Shown here piece after piece: positions 37,092 through 46,257 of a stretch of DNA of 64,000 nt. Source of the DNA: Bordetella parapertussis (GTDB lineage Bacteria; Pseudomonadota; Gammaproteobacteria; Burkholderiales; JACQAP01); NCBI GenBank assembly GCA_945900965.1, contig CAMDKM010000011.1, positions 9,213-73,212 of the forward strand, in the 5' to 3' direction. The first letter of the stretch is position 1; each line of letters begins with the position of its first letter. A model generated the notes under the pieces. That model saw only the letters and a program-made list of their open reading frames with translations. It ran no database searches and was not told the DNA's origin. Both the position numbers and the translations under genes were made by a program.

Positions 37092-37754
37092 TTACTTGAC
37101 GATTTCGAGCAACTCGACTTCGAATACCAAGGTCGCACCGGGTTTGATGACCGGAGGTGATCCGCGGTCGCCGTAGGCAATGGTCGCCGGGCATACCAGA
37201 CGGCTCTTGCCGCCGACCTTGATCTCCTGCACGCCTTCGGTCCAGCACTTGATCACGCGGTTGAGCGGAAATGTGGCCGGCGCGCCGCGAGTGACGGAGC
37301 TGTCGAACACGGTGCCATCGATCAGCGTGCCGTGGTAATGCACCTTGACCGTATCGGTGGCCGCGGGTGAAGGGCCCTTGCCTTCCGTTAGCACTTTGAC
37401 CAGCGCCCCGGAGGCTGTTTTCTTGACGCCGGATTCGGCCGCAGTTTTGGTCAAAAATTCAGCGCCCGCCTCCTTTTCCTTTTCCGCAACTTTCGAAGCG
37501 CGCGCCTGCGCCAGCTCCTGAATTTTCGGCCCGAAGACCTGCATGTCCACCTTGGGCGTTTTCTTCAACGCCCCATCCGCCAGCCCCGCCTTCACAAGCT
37601 CCAGTTCGGCTTCGCTCAGACCAAAGTCGTTCAAAGACTGGCTGATCGCGATTCCAATGGCGTATAGCGTTTTTTGTTCGTCGGTTTTCGGTTCGGCGGC
37701 GCTTGTGCAACCGATTGAACACAGGAGCACAAGACCGTAGGTAGCGAGTTTCAT
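37092..37754 (-). CDS. FKBP-type peptidyl-prolyl cis-trans isomerase (FkpA/Mip-like), probable lipoprotein
   Basis: Signal and Cys LLCSIGC. FKBP core VKVHYHGTLIDGTVFDSS ... VIKCWTEG ... LVFEVELL. Confidence 0.9.
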   Translation of the reverse strand: MKLATYGLVLLCSIGCTSAAEPKTDEQKTLYAIGIAISQSLNDFGLSEAELELVKAGLADGALKKTPKVDMQVFGPKIQELAQARASKVAEKEKEAGAEFLTKTAAESGVKKTASGALVKVLTEGKGPSPAATDTVKVHYHGTLIDGTVFDSSVTRGAPATFPLNRVIKCWTEGVQEIKVGGKSRLVCPATIAYGDRGSPPVIKPGATLVFEVELLEIVK

Positions 37755-37987
37755 AATACATCCTTAAATTGAGAAGGCGCGATATTACCCTAGTACGAAC
37801 TCGGCCAATCTTGCCGGGGCAGACAAGGTTTCGAAGTACCAGCCGACGCACAGAATTTTCAACATCCCCATGCCAAATTCCGTAGACTGCACGAACGTTC
37901 ATTGTCGCCTGGGACGTGACTTACCCTACATAAATTCAATGGCGATCCGGGCCTTGCCCGGGGACACCCTATTCAAGGAGCAATCAC

Positions 37988-38104
37988 ATGGCCAAAGGTC
38001 AGATGCGCAGCAATCGCGAGATCAAGAAACCCAAAAAAGACAAAACCGCCCCCTCTACCGCGGCAGGCCGCCCCGGCATCCCGGTGCCCGCCAAGAAAAA
38101 ATGA
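37988..38104 (+). CDS. small basic protein (38 aa), unannotated by the 60-aa ORF cutoff
   Basis: AAGGAG lies 8 nt upstream of the ATG. Sequence MAKGQMRSNREIKKPKKDKTAPSTAAGRPGIPVPAKKK. Located in an otherwise empty 430-bp gap. Confidence 0.5.
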   Translation: MAKGQMRSNREIKKPKKDKTAPSTAAGRPGIPVPAKKK

Positions 38105-38185
38105 AGTGACTGGTGTGGGCCGGCAAATTTTCTGCGGCCCTGTTACCTGCAGGTTGGCCTGGGGAATGCCAGGCCACGGGGTCCC

Positions 38186-39187
38186 TTACCCCAGACCAAA
38201 CGCCTCGGCCAGTAGTTTGTAGGAGTGCTGCCTCGGCACGGGGTCAAAGGTCCAGGTCACGACGACCAATTCATCCAGCTCCAGTCGTTGTGCCAGTTCG
38301 GTCAATCTCGACGCCACCTGCTCGCCCGTGCCAACAAACGCCTTGCGCCGCAGGGCTTCGACGATGCCGCGCTCCCAGTCGTTGTATGCAAAGGCGTCGG
38401 CCTCCTCAGGCGAAACCAATGGCTTGCGCATGCCCTGCTCGAAACCGACCCGCCAGTACTCGCGGGTCTTGAGTAAGTGCCTGGCCTCGGCCTCCGAATC
38501 GGCCGCCAATGCCCACACGCAGATCGTCGCCTGCGGCTTCGGGTGACGATCGCTCGGCCGATAGTTGCGGCGGTAGAGCTGCAAGGCCTCTTCGCAACCC
38601 CGGCCGTCGGTAAAAAAATAGGCAAACGCATAAGGCAAACCGAAATGCGCGGCCAGTTGTGCGCCGTAGTCCGAACTGCCGAGCATCCACAATTCGGGCC
38701 GGGTCGGCCCAAGCGGATGTGCCTTGATGGCACCAAAGGGATGATCGTCTTGCAAGGGCAATCCCGACACCCAGGCTTGAAGGTCGAGAACTTGTCGGGG
38801 AAATTCCAGTTCCGCATTGGAATAAGGGTTCAAGGCGTGGGCGGTCAACCGATCCGAGCCGGGCGCACGGCCAACACCCAGATCGATTCGGCCTGGCGCA
38901 ATGCTCTCCAGCACACGGAATTGCTCCGCGACCTTGAGCGCCGCGTAATGCGGCAGCATGATGCCGGCACTGCCGACCCGGATCCGCGGTGTGGTTGCGG
39001 CTATGGCCGCCATCAAGACTTCCGGCGCGGTACCGACGATGCTGTCGCTATTGTGATGTTCCGATACCCAGTAGCGGTGATATCCCAGCGCATCGCAATG
39101 CTTCGCCAGTTCGAGCGATTCCCGAATGGCCAGATCCTGCGTGCTGCCCTTGGCCGAGGTTGATTGATCCAGAACCGAAAATTTCAT
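38186..39187 (-). CDS. LLM-class (luciferase-like) flavin-dependent oxidoreductase
   Basis: 333 aa. MKFSVLDQS...LGYHRYWVSEHH typical N-terminus. Confidence 0.85.
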   Translation of the reverse strand: MKFSVLDQSTSAKGSTQDLAIRESLELAKHCDALGYHRYWVSEHHNSDSIVGTAPEVLMAAIAATTPRIRVGSAGIMLPHYAALKVAEQFRVLESIAPGRIDLGVGRAPGSDRLTAHALNPYSNAELEFPRQVLDLQAWVSGLPLQDDHPFGAIKAHPLGPTRPELWMLGSSDYGAQLAAHFGLPYAFAYFFTDGRGCEEALQLYRRNYRPSDRHPKPQATICVWALAADSEAEARHLLKTREYWRVGFEQGMRKPLVSPEEADAFAYNDWERGIVEALRRKAFVGTGEQVASRLTELAQRLELDELVVVTWTFDPVPRQHSYKLLAEAFGLG

Positions 39188-39229
39188 TTCTGCGTTACAT
39201 CCGCCCGGACCTGGCAGACACTGGCAAGC

Positions 39230-40063
39230 TCAAAGCGTGGCCCCGCGATCGCCCATGGCATGTTCGGTGAGCTGGCGCGTCACGATGCCGAAGGCTTCGT
39301 CCATCGAATCGGTACGATGGAAAAGCTGCAAATCTTCGCGATTGATGGTGCCATGCCGGATCAACGCCTCGAAATCTATGACCTCGTCCCAGTACTTGGT
39401 GCCAAATAACACGATCACCATTGGCTTGGTCATTTTGCCGGTCTGGCGCAGCGTCAGAATTTCGAAGACCTCGTCGAGCGTTCCAAACCCTTCCGGAAAA
39501 ACCAGCAAGGCCTTTGCCATATAGGCAAACCAGAACTTGCGCATGAAAAAGTAGTGAAAGTGAAACGACAGCTCGCGAGTGACGTAGCGATTGTCGAATT
39601 CCTCGAGCGGGATCGAGATTGTCAGTCCGATGTTCAGGCCCTTGGCTTCGGATGCCCCCCGATTCGCGGCCTCCATGATGCCTGGCCCGCCTCCGGTGCA
39701 AACAACGAAGCGTTGCCCTTCATCGCCCAGGGTTTTCGACCATTCGGTGAACCGGCGCGCCAGTTCGCGCGCTTCTTCGTAGTAGCGGGACATGGCAAGC
39801 CTCGATTGCGCGCGCTCGATGTCGCCCTTGCCCCGCTCCGCGGCGCTCATTTCGGCTTCGGCCTGCTCGCGCGAAAGGATCCGCGCTGAGCCCATGAACA
39901 CAATGGTGTCGTCGATTTTGTAATGATCGAAACGGCTGCGCGGTTCCAGATACTCGGCCAGAATGCGCAGCGGCCGCGCATCGCTGCTGTTGAGAAACCC
40001 TTCCTTCAGATAAGCCTTGACCGAATTGTGACGGCGTTCCGGACGTTTTTCTTTCATACGCAT
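39230..40063 (-). CDS. LOG/TIGR00730-family Rossmann-fold protein (nucleotide 5'-monophosphate nucleosidase-like)
   Basis: GGGPGIMEAANRGA and PEGFGTLDE motifs. Confidence 0.85.
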   Translation of the reverse strand: MRMKEKRPERRHNSVKAYLKEGFLNSSDARPLRILAEYLEPRSRFDHYKIDDTIVFMGSARILSREQAEAEMSAAERGKGDIERAQSRLAMSRYYEEARELARRFTEWSKTLGDEGQRFVVCTGGGPGIMEAANRGASEAKGLNIGLTISIPLEEFDNRYVTRELSFHFHYFFMRKFWFAYMAKALLVFPEGFGTLDEVFEILTLRQTGKMTKPMVIVLFGTKYWDEVIDFEALIRHGTINREDLQLFHRTDSMDEAFGIVTRQLTEHAMGDRGATL

Positions 40064-40114
40064 GCATCCCGTAGTTGATAGTGGAAATTTAAGTAAGCAG
40101 CAAGAGCCCGATCA

Positions 40115-40762
40115 TCACGTCGGCCGGCGCCACACGCTCGCCAGCCAGGCCTGCTGCTCGAAAGGCAGGCCTGCCGGACGATAGTAATGATCGACTTCGA
40201 GAAATCCGGCGCCGGTGAGAAAGCGGCGCCAGCCATCCAGATCGTGATAGACGCCGTAGCGCCCACCGTTCCAGCCTTCCTGATTTTCGCCACGCGGATT
40301 CGACGCGAACAATACGCCGCCCGATTTAAGCGTAGCGCGCAATTGACGCAGCACATTGGGCAATTCCCCGCTCGGAACATGAAACAGCGAAGCATTGGCA
40401 AATATCCCGTCGAAGCGTTCGGGCGGCAGATCGAGCGCGAGGAAATCTTGCTCCCATACCTCGCAGCCGCAGTGATGCCTCGCCATGGCGGCCAATTGCT
40501 TTGCCCCTTCCAAACCCACCGCATCATGACCAAGCGCCTTGAAGGTTTTCAAGTCGCGTCCCGGACCACAGCCGAAATCGAGCAGCGCAAACGGTGGCTT
40601 GGCTTCGATATGCTTGAGCAGCGCGGCGACGTTCTGGCTGACATCGTGGTCGCGCGTACCTTCCCAGAACGCTTCGGCACGCTGGTCATAGTGCCTCAGC
40701 GTGATGCCCGAAATGTCGGAGGGCTTATCCGGCGCTGGATTCATGCTCGATAAGGTGGGCAT
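40115..40762 (-). CDS. class I SAM-dependent methyltransferase
   Basis: Motif I LLDFGCGPGRD. Post-I and motif II spacing is typical. Confidence 0.85.
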   Translation of the reverse strand: MPTLSSMNPAPDKPSDISGITLRHYDQRAEAFWEGTRDHDVSQNVAALLKHIEAKPPFALLDFGCGPGRDLKTFKALGHDAVGLEGAKQLAAMARHHCGCEVWEQDFLALDLPPERFDGIFANASLFHVPSGELPNVLRQLRATLKSGGVLFASNPRGENQEGWNGGRYGVYHDLDGWRRFLTGAGFLEVDHYYRPAGLPFEQQAWLASVWRRPT

Positions 40763-40790
40763 GTCATGACCGTCCTGTATCGTGCGCCCA

Positions 40791-41390
40791 TCAGGTAATG
40801 ACGCCAGAATCCAGCGCGCGCCACAGGTACAGCGCCAAATAAGAACGATACGGTGCCGCCCGTTTCGGATCGAGCCGATGGGTTTTCAGGCGTCGCCTGC
40901 CTTCAAGCAGACGAATTGCCCGCTGCAAGCTGCCATCGGCGTGGGGAAACACATCCTCGTGTCCAACATAGAACAGCGCAATGATTGCCGCAGTCCACGA
41001 GCCCATTCCCTTGTGGCGGCCAATCTCCGCAGACAATTCCTTGGCGGAAAGACCATACCAATAATCGAGCGCCCCGGAATCGGACCCGACCTCACGGCCG
41101 AATTCGGCAATGGTTTTTGCCTTCGATCCGCTTAAACCGCAGGCGCGCAGGCTTTCCTGATCCAGAAGCCACGAACCTGGCAGCCCCAGATCAACCGCCC
41201 TTCCGTTCACTCGCTCGTAAATCGATTGCGCGGCCTTCGAAGACAGCATTTGTCCGGTCACCACGCGAACCACCGCCTCCGGCAACGGCATGTCGCGGCG
41301 GCAAAGTTTCGGGACGGTCGCCACTTTGCCCAACAGATCGGCATGGATCGGATAACAGGCTTGCAAATGGCGTTTAATTTTGATGCTCAT
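40791..41390 (-). CDS. HhH-GPD DNA glycosylase (AlkA/3-methyladenine glycosylase II-like)
   Basis: HhH region LRACGLSGSKAKTIAEFG and the catalytic-Asp region FPHADGSLQRA. Start at the ATG at 41390. Confidence 0.75.
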   Translation of the reverse strand: MSIKIKRHLQACYPIHADLLGKVATVPKLCRRDMPLPEAVVRVVTGQMLSSKAAQSIYERVNGRAVDLGLPGSWLLDQESLRACGLSGSKAKTIAEFGREVGSDSGALDYWYGLSAKELSAEIGRHKGMGSWTAAIIALFYVGHEDVFPHADGSLQRAIRLLEGRRRLKTHRLDPKRAAPYRSYLALYLWRALDSGVIT

Positions 41391-41454
41391 TTGCCGCCAT
41401 GGTACCGGGTCCACGCGTTCGGGTTGCCGGCAATTGCCGAGCGCCATTGGAACT

Positions 41455-41532
41455 CGTGAAGGGGGAAGGGTGAAGGCGTGAAGGGTCAAGGGTGAAGGGC
41501 GAAATCTAGTCTCTAGCCCCCAGTCTCTAGCC
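41455..41532. repeat. heptad-arm element, short copy 4
   Basis: GTGAAGGGGGAAGGGTGAAGGCGTGAAGGGTCAAGGGTGAAGGGC, followed by CTAGTCTCTAGCCCCCAGTCTCTAGCC. Confidence 0.7.
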
Positions 41533-41543
41533 TCAAATAGACC

Positions 41544-41570
41544 AAAAAAACGGGCACCCCAAGGTGCCCG
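41544..41570 (-). terminator. Rho-independent terminator
   Basis: Stem CGGGCACC / GGTGCCCG, loop CCAA. On the minus strand it is followed by TTTTTTT. Lies 33 nt downstream of the 41603 gene stop. Confidence 0.8.
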
Positions 41571-41602
41571 TATTCGCCTTACACGTTCTTTTCAGAAACG
41601 CA

Positions 41603-41905
41603 TCAGGCCACGTTCATTTCGGTACTGTTGTTGGCATTGTTGGCGCCGCGTTTTGCGCCAGGCTTGGGGCCGGTCGCGCGCGGCGGCACGTAGGCCGACA
41701 GGCGACAGCTCACGCCTTCGATTGGCTTACCGTTGTTGAATCGCGTCACCTGGCAGCAAATCACCTCTCCTGCGGCCGAAAGCTGGGTGATATGGGTCAG
41801 AACCTGTGCCTTGGTCATATGCAGCGCCTTGGCAATTTCTACGTCCATTTGCTCGCCATTGGTCCGTAAATGCTGAAGAATGGTCGTTCTCATCTGAGTG
41901 TCCAT
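41603..41905 (-). CDS. small winged-helix DNA-binding protein (putative regulator)
   Basis: 100 aa. TTILQHLRTNGEQMDVEIAKALHMTKAQVLTHITQLSAAGEV looks like a wHTH. Family not certain. Confidence 0.6.
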   Translation of the reverse strand: MDTQMRTTILQHLRTNGEQMDVEIAKALHMTKAQVLTHITQLSAAGEVICCQVTRFNNGKPIEGVSCRLSAYVPPRATGPKPGAKRGANNANNSTEMNVA

Positions 41906-42019
41906 ACTGGGCTTTCGATTGGGGGAATGAAGTGTAGGCTACCGCGGGCTTCCCGGCAAGCAAAAAGCTACACGACTTATATTGAGTTTAGGAAATTTCC
42001 TCCAATATTTTATTGACTT

Positions 42020-43042
42020 ATGTCGTTTTTAGTCCCTCGAATTTTTGCGCGCGACAAGCCTTATTTGAGGCGCACTGCGACCCGACCAGCACTAGCATTT
42101 GCCGCTTTGGCCGTCCTTGTTCCGGTCAGCCCATGGGTTTATGCCCAAGGCCTTCCCGAAGAGATCCGTGTCATTGTGCCCGTAACAGCCGGCAGCAGCC
42201 TGGACGCGAGGGCGCGGATCATCGCAGAGGCACTGGGTCAGCGCATCAAACGCCGCGTTATTGTCGAAAATCGCACGGGCGCAGGCGGCACCATCGGCTC
42301 CCTGGCCGTTGCCAAAGCCAAACCCGACGGCGCTACGTTGCTGTTTACCAACAACAGTCATGTCGTCAGCCCGCATGTGTATCCGGGTGCCGGATACGAT
42401 GCGATGAAAGACCTGGTGCCAATCGCTTACGGCTACGTCTCCGGGATGATCCTGGTGGCCCATCCGAGTCTTCAGGCAAGCTCACCGGCAGAATTAGTGG
42501 CCCGGGTCAAAGTTTCCGCTTCGCCGCCGGGCTATGCATCCAGCGGGGCGGGCGGCATGCCGCATATCGCCATGGAGTTATTCAGGGAAATGGCCGGCAT
42601 CGACTTGCTGCATATCCCCTACCGGGGCGATGGTCAGGCCTTGGCTGACGTATTGTCGGGCCGGGTGCCGCTGATGATGAGCGGTTATGTCGTGGTGCAG
42701 CCGCATATCAAGACAGGCAAGCTGCGCGCGCTGGCGGTCACCGGCCGCCAACGTACCGACATTTTCCCCGACGTCCCCACGCTCGCGGAGGCCGGTTACC
42801 CGGATTACAGACTGGAAGTGTGGACCGGCTTTTTCGCGCCCGCCGGAATCCGTTCCGAGATTGTCGACAAACTCAACAGCGAGATCGCCATTGCCATCGC
42901 CACGCCCGCGGTTCAGGCCCAGTTCGCGGCGACCGGCGCACAAGCAATGGCCGCTTCGCCCGCAGCGTTTTCTGCCTTCGTGCGGCAGGAATGGGAAATC
43001 TATCGCAAGCTCGTCACACGCTTGAAGCTCAGCGCGGAGTAG
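42020..43042 (+). CDS. Bug/TctC-family tripartite tricarboxylate transporter substrate-binding protein (orphan)
   Basis: NRTGAGGTIGS, SSGAGGMPHIAMELF, HIPYRGDGQALADVLSGRV. Confidence 0.88.
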   Translation: MSFLVPRIFARDKPYLRRTATRPALAFAALAVLVPVSPWVYAQGLPEEIRVIVPVTAGSSLDARARIIAEALGQRIKRRVIVENRTGAGGTIGSLAVAKAKPDGATLLFTNNSHVVSPHVYPGAGYDAMKDLVPIAYGYVSGMILVAHPSLQASSPAELVARVKVSASPPGYASSGAGGMPHIAMELFREMAGIDLLHIPYRGDGQALADVLSGRVPLMMSGYVVVQPHIKTGKLRALAVTGRQRTDIFPDVPTLAEAGYPDYRLEVWTGFFAPAGIRSEIVDKLNSEIAIAIATPAVQAQFAATGAQAMAASPAAFSAFVRQEWEIYRKLVTRLKLSAE

Positions 43043-43067
43043 TTTTTTCGTCGTAATTCGACGACAA

Positions 43068-43264
43068 GCTAGTGTAGTGCTTCTTACTTGCTGGCGGCTC
43101 CGACTGAGTGTTGCCACGGTTGTTTGCGCGCCAAAAGCGGCGAAATCGGCGCCAGACAAGGCGCAAACCGCAGCCAGATTGAACACATGGCGAGGATTTG
43201 CAACGCCGTATGGCGTCGATTCTCGCCGTCTTTTGGGCCGGCAAGTACGAAGCACTACGCTAGG
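43068..43264. repeat. approximately 200-bp imperfect palindrome
   Basis: Outer arms CTAGTGTAGTGCTTCTTACTTGC (43069-43091) and GCAAGTACGAAGCACTACGCTAG (43241-43263) match 21/23. A second inner pair lies at 43131-43153 and 43212-43236. Confidence 0.7.
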
Positions 43265-43347
43265 CTCATTCCGTGCTTCTCATCTCTTGACGAACCCGCC
43301 ATCCAGCCCGATCATCGGGTGGTGCAAACCAAGCAGGAGAGCGCTCT

Positions 43348-43686
43348 ATGCGAATCAATTCCTTTGTAGCAGTCACGGCGCTAATGCTTTGCGGCCTGCC
43401 AGGTTGGAACGCCTTCGCGGCAAACCCGGACGGCGGTAGCGAAACGTTTGCTCCGCAAGCCGAGGAAGCTCCCGTGGCGCAACCGACTGCCGCCACTCCG
43501 GTGAACATCGAGGAAGGCATGGTGCCCAAGGTAGATGAGCCTCAGATGGAGCGGCGCCCCACACCGGCTACAAATGTACGAGTCCGCAGTACCCGGCCGC
43601 GCAACGATCCTCACCGCGATGCCCGCGCCTGTCTTGATAAGGAAAACAAGACCGCGATCATCATCTGCGCAGAAAAATTCCGCTGA
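43348..43686 (+). CDS. secreted hypothetical protein
   Basis: AGGAG SD. Signal peptide MRINSFVAVTALMLCGLPGWNAFA. Low-complexity Pro/Ala-rich middle, and a C-terminal Cys pair. Confidence 0.5.
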   Translation: MRINSFVAVTALMLCGLPGWNAFAANPDGGSETFAPQAEEAPVAQPTAATPVNIEEGMVPKVDEPQMERRPTPATNVRVRSTRPRNDPHRDARACLDKENKTAIIICAEKFR

Positions 43687-43756
43687 GCATTTCGCAAGCT
43701 GGCTCCCGGCCTCGCCAGGAGCACAGATCATTTCAAGAACAATACAAAGCCTCCCC

Positions 43757-44707
43757 ATGCAAAAACGCAAGCTTGGCCGCTCGGGCCTGGAAGTTTCTCC
43801 ATTGGCCTTTGGCGGCAATGTTTTCGGCTGGACAGCAGACGAGCCCACATCGATGCGTCTACTCGATCGCTTTGTCGATGAAGGTTTCAATCTCATCGAC
43901 ACTGCCGACATGTATTCCAAGTGGGTGTCGGGCAACAAGGGCGGCGAATCGGAAACCCTGATCGGCAAATGGGTGAAGAAAAGCGGCAAGCGCGCCAAGG
44001 TCATCATCGCCACCAAGGTCGGCATGGAGATGGCGCCGGACAAGAAGGGCCTCGCCCCGACCTACATCCAGAGCGCGGTCGAGAATTCCCTCAAGCGCCT
44101 GCAAACCGATTACATCGACTTGTACCAGTCGCACATCGATGACCCGGCCACGCCGCTGGCGGATACCCTGGGTGCCTACGACAAACTTATCAAGGCCGGC
44201 AAGGTTCGAGTCATCGGTGCCTCGAATTACAGCGCCGAGCGTTTCGAGGAAGCGCTGGCCGTGAGCAGGAAGCACAACCTGCCGCGCTACGAAACCATGC
44301 AGCCGAACTACAACCTGATCGATCGCGCTGATTTTGAAGCCAAGCTGCAAAACCTGTGCGTGAAGAACGAAGTCGGCGTGATCAATTATTTTTCGCTGGC
44401 CAGCGGCTTTCTCACGGGCAAATATCGCTCCGAATCGGATCTCGGAAAAAGTCCGCGCGGCGAGAGAATGGTAAAGAAACATCTCAACGAGCGGGGATTT
44501 CGAATTCTTGCCGCACTGGATAGCGTCGCGAAAGAAACCTCGTCCACCCCGGGTCGCGTCGCCATCTCCTGGCTGCTTGCCCAACCCGGCATCACGGCAC
44601 CGATTGCCAGCGCCACCTCCCTGCCCCAACTCGAAGATCTATTCGCCGCCACCCGACTAACACTCGCCCCCGGACATCTCAAACAGCTTGATGCTGCGAG
44701 CGTGTGA
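43757..44707 (+). CDS. aldo/keto reductase
   Basis: MQKRKLGRSGLEVSPLAFGGNVFGW, DTADMYS, and a typical AKR length from the ATG at 43757. Confidence 0.9.
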   Translation: MQKRKLGRSGLEVSPLAFGGNVFGWTADEPTSMRLLDRFVDEGFNLIDTADMYSKWVSGNKGGESETLIGKWVKKSGKRAKVIIATKVGMEMAPDKKGLAPTYIQSAVENSLKRLQTDYIDLYQSHIDDPATPLADTLGAYDKLIKAGKVRVIGASNYSAERFEEALAVSRKHNLPRYETMQPNYNLIDRADFEAKLQNLCVKNEVGVINYFSLASGFLTGKYRSESDLGKSPRGERMVKKHLNERGFRILAALDSVAKETSSTPGRVAISWLLAQPGITAPIASATSLPQLEDLFAATRLTLAPGHLKQLDAASV

Positions 44708-44711
44708 GATG

Positions 44712-44877
44712 TAGGGATGAGGGACGAGGGGTGAGGAACTAGGGGCTAGGGCCTTCATTCAATCACTCAATCACTCAATCACTCAATCACTCGAGTATGT
44801 CTGTTCACCGATTACCGTTCACCATTAACGGTTCACCGGTCACCGTTCGCTGTTCACCGTTTACCATTCACTGTTCG
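44712..44877. repeat. heptad-arm element, copy 5 (inverted orientation, with a 4 x TCAATCAC array)
   Basis: GGGATGAGGGACGAGGGGTGAGG, then (TCAATCAC)x4 at 44759-44790, then GTTCACC/GTCACCG units. It is the reverse complement of the module order seen at 50257-50485. Confidence 0.8.
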
Positions 44878-44933
44878 CAAATGCTGGCACATTGCTCGGA
44901 ATGTTAAACTTCTCCCACACGTACCAAATACAC

Positions 44934-45010
44934 GCGCCCATAGCTCAGTTGGATAGAGTACCTGGCTTCGAACCAGGCGGTCGGGAGTTCGAGTCTCTCT
45001 GGGCGCGCCA
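44934..45010 (+). tRNA. tRNA-Arg (anticodon UCG)
   Basis: The cloverleaf parses by hand: acceptor GCGCCCA/TGGGCGC, D arm GCTC-AGTTGGATA-GAGT, anticodon stem CCTGG/CCAGG with loop CT-TCG-AA, T arm GGGAG-TTCGAGT-CTCTC, encoded CCA. Confidence 0.93.
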
Positions 45011-45187
45011 GTTATGGGTACTGCGAGTACCTATAAAGTATTGATCTGCCCCCATTCAGCGCGCACACTCTCTCCTCCCCTCTTCCGTCAAAGGAGAGAA
45101 AGAGTATTACAGCTCGCCAAGTCTTAAGTTTGTGCCATGAATGTCTGACGCCATTTTCTCCCTCCGCGTCCAATGCCTTTCGCAGGC

Positions 45188-46111
45188 TCAGGACTCTCGC
45201 GGCATCCGGACTGTAAGACTGGACGTCGGGCGGCTTCGGTCGTCGGCATCGGTGACCAGTGTAAGCTCTATCATTTCACCGCCCGATAACACGCTCGCCG
45301 CTATGCCTTCCACTTTCCATCGCCCTTCCAAGCGATGTAGCGCGAGCAACCGGCCATCTGCGGCAACCAGGCCGATTGCCGAACCGACACACGCGCCATC
45401 GAGGTAACTGTTGTCCGTAGCTTCGGCGACGGCGCTGAACACCCACTCTCCGCCCGGCAACGTGGCGGCGTCGGTAAATCCCAGTACAACGCACTCGATC
45501 GAACCCAAGTCGTAAGGCTCGAATGCCTTGGGGCTCGGCACGGGGTAACGGCCTTCGCACAGCCAGGACCCTATTTCATTCCACGCAAACCGGCTGCAGA
45601 CGTTACGTGGTTGCTTTCGATTTGCCCGCTGCAACAAACAAAATTCATTGCCGATTTGAAAACCACCTTCAATATTCAGGTCGCCGAACTCGCGTCTGAG
45701 CGGCTCGTATAACTCGGCCAGACTCATCAGGCGCGGCGGCACATTCAATTCGCCGTTGACGTCAAAGGAAGCGACAACCCCCGTTTGCCGGTTCGGACGT
45801 GAACCCGACCCCAGAGCCAGCAGGGCACCGAACGGAAATTCTTCCGATTCGGGAAGCTCGATCAGCGTTTCAAGATCGGGTTTGGCGGCTTTTCGCCGCC
45901 TGTTAGGCAATTCCCCGTCGAGTAGACGCACCCAACGCCCCTTCCCGGCAGTGGCATCGAATACCGCAAGATGATGCTCGTCGTCTGCAAGGACGTATTG
46001 GCGCCCGTCGCGACGCACCAAACCACTGGCGGCGCTCAAGCGGCCAGCGGGCGCGTCGCCCCCGCCTTCCATGAGCAACTCAGCGTGTGTGTGAATGGCG
46101 AGCAGAGTCAC
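45188..46111 (-). CDS. hypothetical protein (307 aa), no confidently recognised family
   Basis: Long GC3-rich ORF with a repetitive beta-strand-like pattern. No signal peptide or catalytic motif recognised. Confidence 0.65.
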   Translation of the reverse strand: MTLLAIHTHAELLMEGGGDAPAGRLSAASGLVRRDGRQYVLADDEHHLAVFDATAGKGRWVRLLDGELPNRRRKAAKPDLETLIELPESEEFPFGALLALGSGSRPNRQTGVVASFDVNGELNVPPRLMSLAELYEPLRREFGDLNIEGGFQIGNEFCLLQRANRKQPRNVCSRFAWNEIGSWLCEGRYPVPSPKAFEPYDLGSIECVVLGFTDAATLPGGEWVFSAVAEATDNSYLDGACVGSAIGLVAADGRLLALHRLEGRWKVEGIAASVLSGGEMIELTLVTDADDRSRPTSSLTVRMPRES

Positions 46112-46257
46112 GGCATGTTGGAAAAGTCATAACAATGGAATCTTTCACTTCTCACTGAGTCAAATGTCGACCCCGACATCGCCAAACTTGCAACCGCTTG
46201 CCACCCGCCAGGGCGATGGCTCGGCGTACAAAAATTCCGGCAAATTATCGGCCAACT

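Noticed and set aside
44934-46111. A genomic island integrated at tRNA-Arg.
   Set aside because: No integrase is present, I found no direct repeat of the tRNA 3' end downstream, and there is no marked compositional shift. Only one unassigned gene follows.
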